From the IMG/VR virus record IMGVR_UViG_3300048058_000019: a stretch of 64,000 nucleotides of DNA; one strand, 5' to 3'. Origin of the DNA: a virus. Taxonomy: Duplodnaviria; Heunggongvirae; Uroviricota; Caudoviricetes. The notes under the pieces were generated by a model. It was not told where the DNA came from. It worked only from the letters and a program-made list of their open reading frames with translations, and ran no database searches. Position 1 is the stretch's first letter. The number at the start of each line of letters is the position of its first letter. Made by a program: the position numbers and the translations under genes. Positions 61,147 through 64,000 of the stretch are shown in pieces.

Positions 61147-62287
61147 CCTTATCGGTCCGGATTCCCGACCCGGCCTTCATTGCGGGGTGGCGAAGTGCCC
61201 CACTCTTGAATTGGCCGAAGTGAGAGATCGTGATGACCTTACCCTTGTACTGCTCGAAGCTCGAGGCGAACTCCTGACTCCAAGCGCTGGACATCGAGCC
61301 CACGCGGACCAGCGATTTTAGAGTGCCCCCAACGTACTGACCGCAGACGAGGCTCTCAACCATCGGGACGCTTGATTTCGTCTCCGCCGTGGAGAGATTG
61401 ATGTCCATGATCACCATGTCAGCCTCAAAGGACTTCTTGGCCTTCCGCCAGTGTGGTACCTTGAGTCCTTTGCCCTGATACGCGGTGTCTGAACCCTTCG
61501 CCTTCTTCAGTACAAGACCCTCGTGTTCGAGGCTAAGCTGCTTGGCAAAGCCCTTGGTGAAACGAGGAGCGAGCAGGAAGTATTCCTTGAGCTTCCCACT
61601 GAGCGAGGCGTGGAACTTCTCGAGTATCGCGCGCCGATCTGTCTCATCGAGACCGAGCTGAGACTTGTAATCCTGATACAGGATTCCGTACACGTCCATG
61701 AAGTCGTGGCCAATCTTGGCCCGTCGCTCCAAAGCGTGTTCGGACCCAAACCCCAACTCCCCGATTAAAAGGGTCCCGGCGGGGAGCCCCATGTTGTCCA
61801 GGCCGTAGGGTTTCTCATTCCGGTTGCGGGACCAGAAGCGGTTTTTGCCTCCGTCCGAAAACGCGGCAATCCAGATGCCGTCATATTTGGGTTCGGCAAC
61901 GTACTTGCCGCCTTTCTCAACCACCTCGAGCTCGGCCGCAATGGCCTCTGTGTCACCAGGGATTGCGTCCCCGCAACCCTGATAGAACATCTGGGCCTGG
62001 AAGTTGTTCGACACGAACGTTGAGGGATCCACCTCATTTGGGAGCCCAGTGGCAACCTTCACGGATTTTGCTGTGGCGAGCTTGGGGGCGGGAGCCGCAG
62101 GAGCAGCCGGAGCGGGATTGCCGCTGGAAGCTCCATATTGCTTGAGATGGGTGCAAGTCTTGGGAATGAGCCTGCTCATCTTCCATCCTCTGCAATCGCA
62201 GTAAATCATTCCATCCCCGCCCCTCATGACCTTGTATTCCTTGCCGGGGCTGGACTTGGACGGATAGGTCTCAAGTACTTCGGCCAT
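61109..62287 (-). CDS. ATP-dependent DNA ligase with N-terminal SWIM zinc finger
   Basis: Trimmed to the ATG at 62287 (MAEVLETY; GGAGGAAATCTGATG RBS and a TGATG junction). SWIM finger YCDCRGWKMSRLIPKTCTHLKQ, then a PAPAAPAAPAP linker. Ligase motif I EPKYDGIW, motif III LLIGEL, motif IV HEGLVLKKA, motif V PHWRKAK, plus C-terminal sequence in the position of an OB domain. Confidence 0.7.
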   Translation of the reverse strand: MAEVLETYPSKSSPGKEYKVMRGGDGMIYCDCRGWKMSRLIPKTCTHLKQYGASSGNPAPAAPAAPAPKLATAKSVKVATGLPNEVDPSTFVSNNFQAQMFYQGCGDAIPGDTEAIAAELEVVEKGGKYVAEPKYDGIWIAAFSDGGKNRFWSRNRNEKPYGLDNMGLPAGTLLIGELGFGSEHALERRAKIGHDFMDVYGILYQDYKSQLGLDETDRRAILEKFHASLSGKLKEYFLLAPRFTKGFAKQLSLEHEGLVLKKAKGSDTAYQGKGLKVPHWRKAKKSFEADMVIMDINLSTAETKSSVPMVESLVCGQYVGGTLKSLVRVGSMSSAWSQEFASSFEQYKGKVITISHFGQFKSGALRHPAMKAGSGIRTDKDAKDCVFNPKER

Positions 62288-62607
62288 CAGATTTCCTCCA
62301 GGTAAAAAGATTTTTCGGGTCCGCTGACTACTCGAGCATTTCTCACCGCGAGCAGCTTCCAAGTCTTCATGTCGCGAGTGGCAGCAATCGGCATTGATTC
62401 CGACACTCTGAATCCAAGGCCCTTGACTACGAGTGTCATACATTCGTTGCAGCTAGACGCGTGGTAAAGCGCGTTGTCGATCCTTGGTATTCGACAGACC
62501 ATTCCCGCATATCCAAGGTCCTCCGCCGCTGCGTGCTTTGGACACGGCGGAAGAGCCCGCAGATCGAGAATCTGAGGCGGCTGCTTAGCCCGAGAATCTT
62601 GGTTCAT
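62287..62607 (-). CDS. hypothetical protein (106 aa)
   Basis: Minus-strand ORF. Confidence 0.4.
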   Translation of the reverse strand: MNQDSRAKQPPQILDLRALPPCPKHAAAEDLGYAGMVCRIPRIDNALYHASSCNECMTLVVKGLGFRVSESMPIAATRDMKTWKLLAVRNARVVSGPEKSFYLEEI

Positions 62608-62840
62608 TCGTATTCCTTCAAGGCGTCCGGGACCTTCATCCCGTGCAGCTCCATCAAAGAGACAGCTATATTCAGCATCTTCTTATACGACTCAACGATT
62701 GATTTGAGATGCTTGACCTGCGATTCCAGCGCCTCAATGGTTTCATCACCGGCTTCGTTGATCTTTTCGGTGATATGGAGGATCTCCTCGGTGGAGCACT
62801 GTTTGCATGTGCAATCGTCGTTATGAAGAGGGATTCCCAT
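62604..62840 (-). CDS. hypothetical protein (78 aa)
   Basis: Minus-strand ORF; contains CTCKQC. Confidence 0.4.
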   Translation of the reverse strand: MGIPLHNDDCTCKQCSTEEILHITEKINEAGDETIEALESQVKHLKSIVESYKKMLNIAVSLMELHGMKVPDALKEYE

Positions 62841-63141
62841 CTTCGCCCTCCAAAAACGTCTTAACCATTACCTCCACAGTGTCCTGGGCGAGGGTAGCGG
62901 CGTATTCAGCTTCAGTCACTCGGGCCTGAAGGTTGTGGAGATGAGGGAGATTGGTCTGAAACTCGATGTCCACACGTCCCTTGGCGGCTTCCTCAATCGC
63001 CTGAAGACGAGTCTCTTCCTGGATGACCTCCGCTTTGACTTGGGAGAAGAACTTGTGCTCAGCACGGTTCTTACTCATCACAAGCTCGGCGATAAGCTGT
63101 TTGCATTCTGCAACGCGGGCGGGCGTCAGGTCGGTCTTCAT
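62821..63141 (-). CDS. hypothetical helical protein (106 aa)
   Basis: Minus-strand ORF. Confidence 0.4.
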   Translation of the reverse strand: MKTDLTPARVAECKQLIAELVMSKNRAEHKFFSQVKAEVIQEETRLQAIEEAAKGRVDIEFQTNLPHLHNLQARVTEAEYAATLAQDTVEVMVKTFLEGEDGNPSS

Positions 63142-63554
63142 ACGGTAACCTCCATTTTCTCTTCAAGTTTCTTCCAAGGTCTCCTGCAAGACTGGTGGGC
63201 GAGTTCCCGGAAGAGCTCGGAATCCTTCCAAGTGTCATCAAGCACTTTGAACGCCCAGTGGAGCTTATGCCCAGATGGGGCTACTGCACTCACACGAACA
63301 GAGAGGTCATCCGACTGGATCCTCACGTCAACGATCTCGCAGTACAAATAATCCTTGGTGCTGATCGAGACCCAGCTACCGTGATCGAGATGGAGTGTCC
63401 TGACTTCACGAGCCATATCAAGACGGATTTCTGGCACCCAGTTACGACCTTCGTGCGAGACCACGATAAGAAGAGGTTTCCCAACAATAAGCTTGGTGAT
63501 GGATCTTGCCCACCATTCGGCTTCCGGCTGAGTCATGTATTTCTTTGACATCAT
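63138..63554 (-). CDS. hypothetical protein (about 138 aa)
   Basis: Trimmed to the ATGATG at 63554/63551, which overlaps the stop of the upstream ORF. Confidence 0.45.
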   Translation of the reverse strand: MMSKKYMTQPEAEWWARSITKLIVGKPLLIVVSHEGRNWVPEIRLDMAREVRTLHLDHGSWVSISTKDYLYCEIVDVRIQSDDLSVRVSAVAPSGHKLHWAFKVLDDTWKDSELFRELAHQSCRRPWKKLEEKMEVTV

Positions 63555-63907
63555 ACACAGAGCCTCCACTGCTGGAAAACGATGGTAAAGAAGTCGTGTT
63601 GAACGATTTCTGCCTCTCCCCAGAGCTTCTGACCACAACAGTCTCGTCCATCGAAGTCGCAGCGACACTGTCTGGGTCGAGGAGCAAACTCATCCATGAG
63701 CTTCACTAGACTCTCATGAGAGCCGTCGATGGGAGGGACAATCCTGAATTCCATTCCGGATTCCCCGTCTTCGGAACGAACAGAAATAGTCTCTCCGTAA
63801 GAATGATCGGAACCTTCCTGGATTCCTTCTCGCCGGGCATCTTGGTTGACTGCGTCAATCACGCTTTGGAAGCCGGTGAATGTGGACGATTTTTGGTCCC
63901 GGATCAA
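63551..63907 (-). CDS. hypothetical protein (118 aa)
   Basis: Minus-strand ORF; contains CRCDFDGRDCCGQ. Confidence 0.4.
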   Translation of the reverse strand: MIRDQKSSTFTGFQSVIDAVNQDARREGIQEGSDHSYGETISVRSEDGESGMEFRIVPPIDGSHESLVKLMDEFAPRPRQCRCDFDGRDCCGQKLWGEAEIVQHDFFTIVFQQWRLCV

Positions 63908-64000
63908 AAAAGCATCACCGTGCTCGGGATGGGCCTCCTCGAGGGTGATGATCTCACCGAGGGGGATTCCGTGACACGTTGTGTCGTTGGTGACACGAAC

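Overview
This 64-kb window (about 50% GC) is almost entirely minus-strand coding and very densely packed. It holds roughly 160 short-to-medium ORFs tiling one strand, and dozens of consecutive genes are joined by ATGA, TAATG or TGATG stop/start overlaps. No capsid, terminase, tail or replicative polymerase genes are recognisable. It reads as an accessory or early host-takeover region of a large, probably jumbo, dsDNA bacteriophage.

Functions recognisable from sequence motifs:
- **RNA-end repair genes:** an SPFH/band-7 protein, a T4-Pnk-like P-loop kinase, a SpoU/TrmH RNA methyltransferase, an ATP-dependent RNA-ligase-like enzyme, a CCA-adding tRNA nucleotidyltransferase next to a tRNA-Met(CAU), and a Pol-beta-superfamily nucleotidyltransferase.
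- **DNA repair genes:** a minimal Pol X with a C-terminal SWIM zinc finger, a DNA ligase with an N-terminal SWIM finger, and a third, 208-aa ligase.
- **Stringent-response genes:** a SpoT-type HD (p)ppGpp hydrolase and a DksA/TraR-type zinc-finger protein.
- **Other:** two ClpS N-degron adaptor homologues, a MoxR-like AAA+ ATPase with a vWA/HExxH partner, a WGR-domain protein, and a PPCS(CoaB)-like/class-II-aldolase-like fusion.

The most unusual content is lineage-specific:
- at least 11 otherwise unrelated small ORFs share an N-proximal N-F-K-I-(V/I/L)-(A/G)-P motif, clustered around the two clpS genes;
- a dispersed family of at least 12 small proteins with a C-terminal (A/S)DPxFFxK motif;
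- a 4-member modular Cys-rich zinc-finger family;
- two divergent paralogue pairs;
- chains of tiny Cys-rich or membrane ORFs, some with GTG/TTG starts.

All homology calls come from reading motifs by eye. Nothing was searched against a database.
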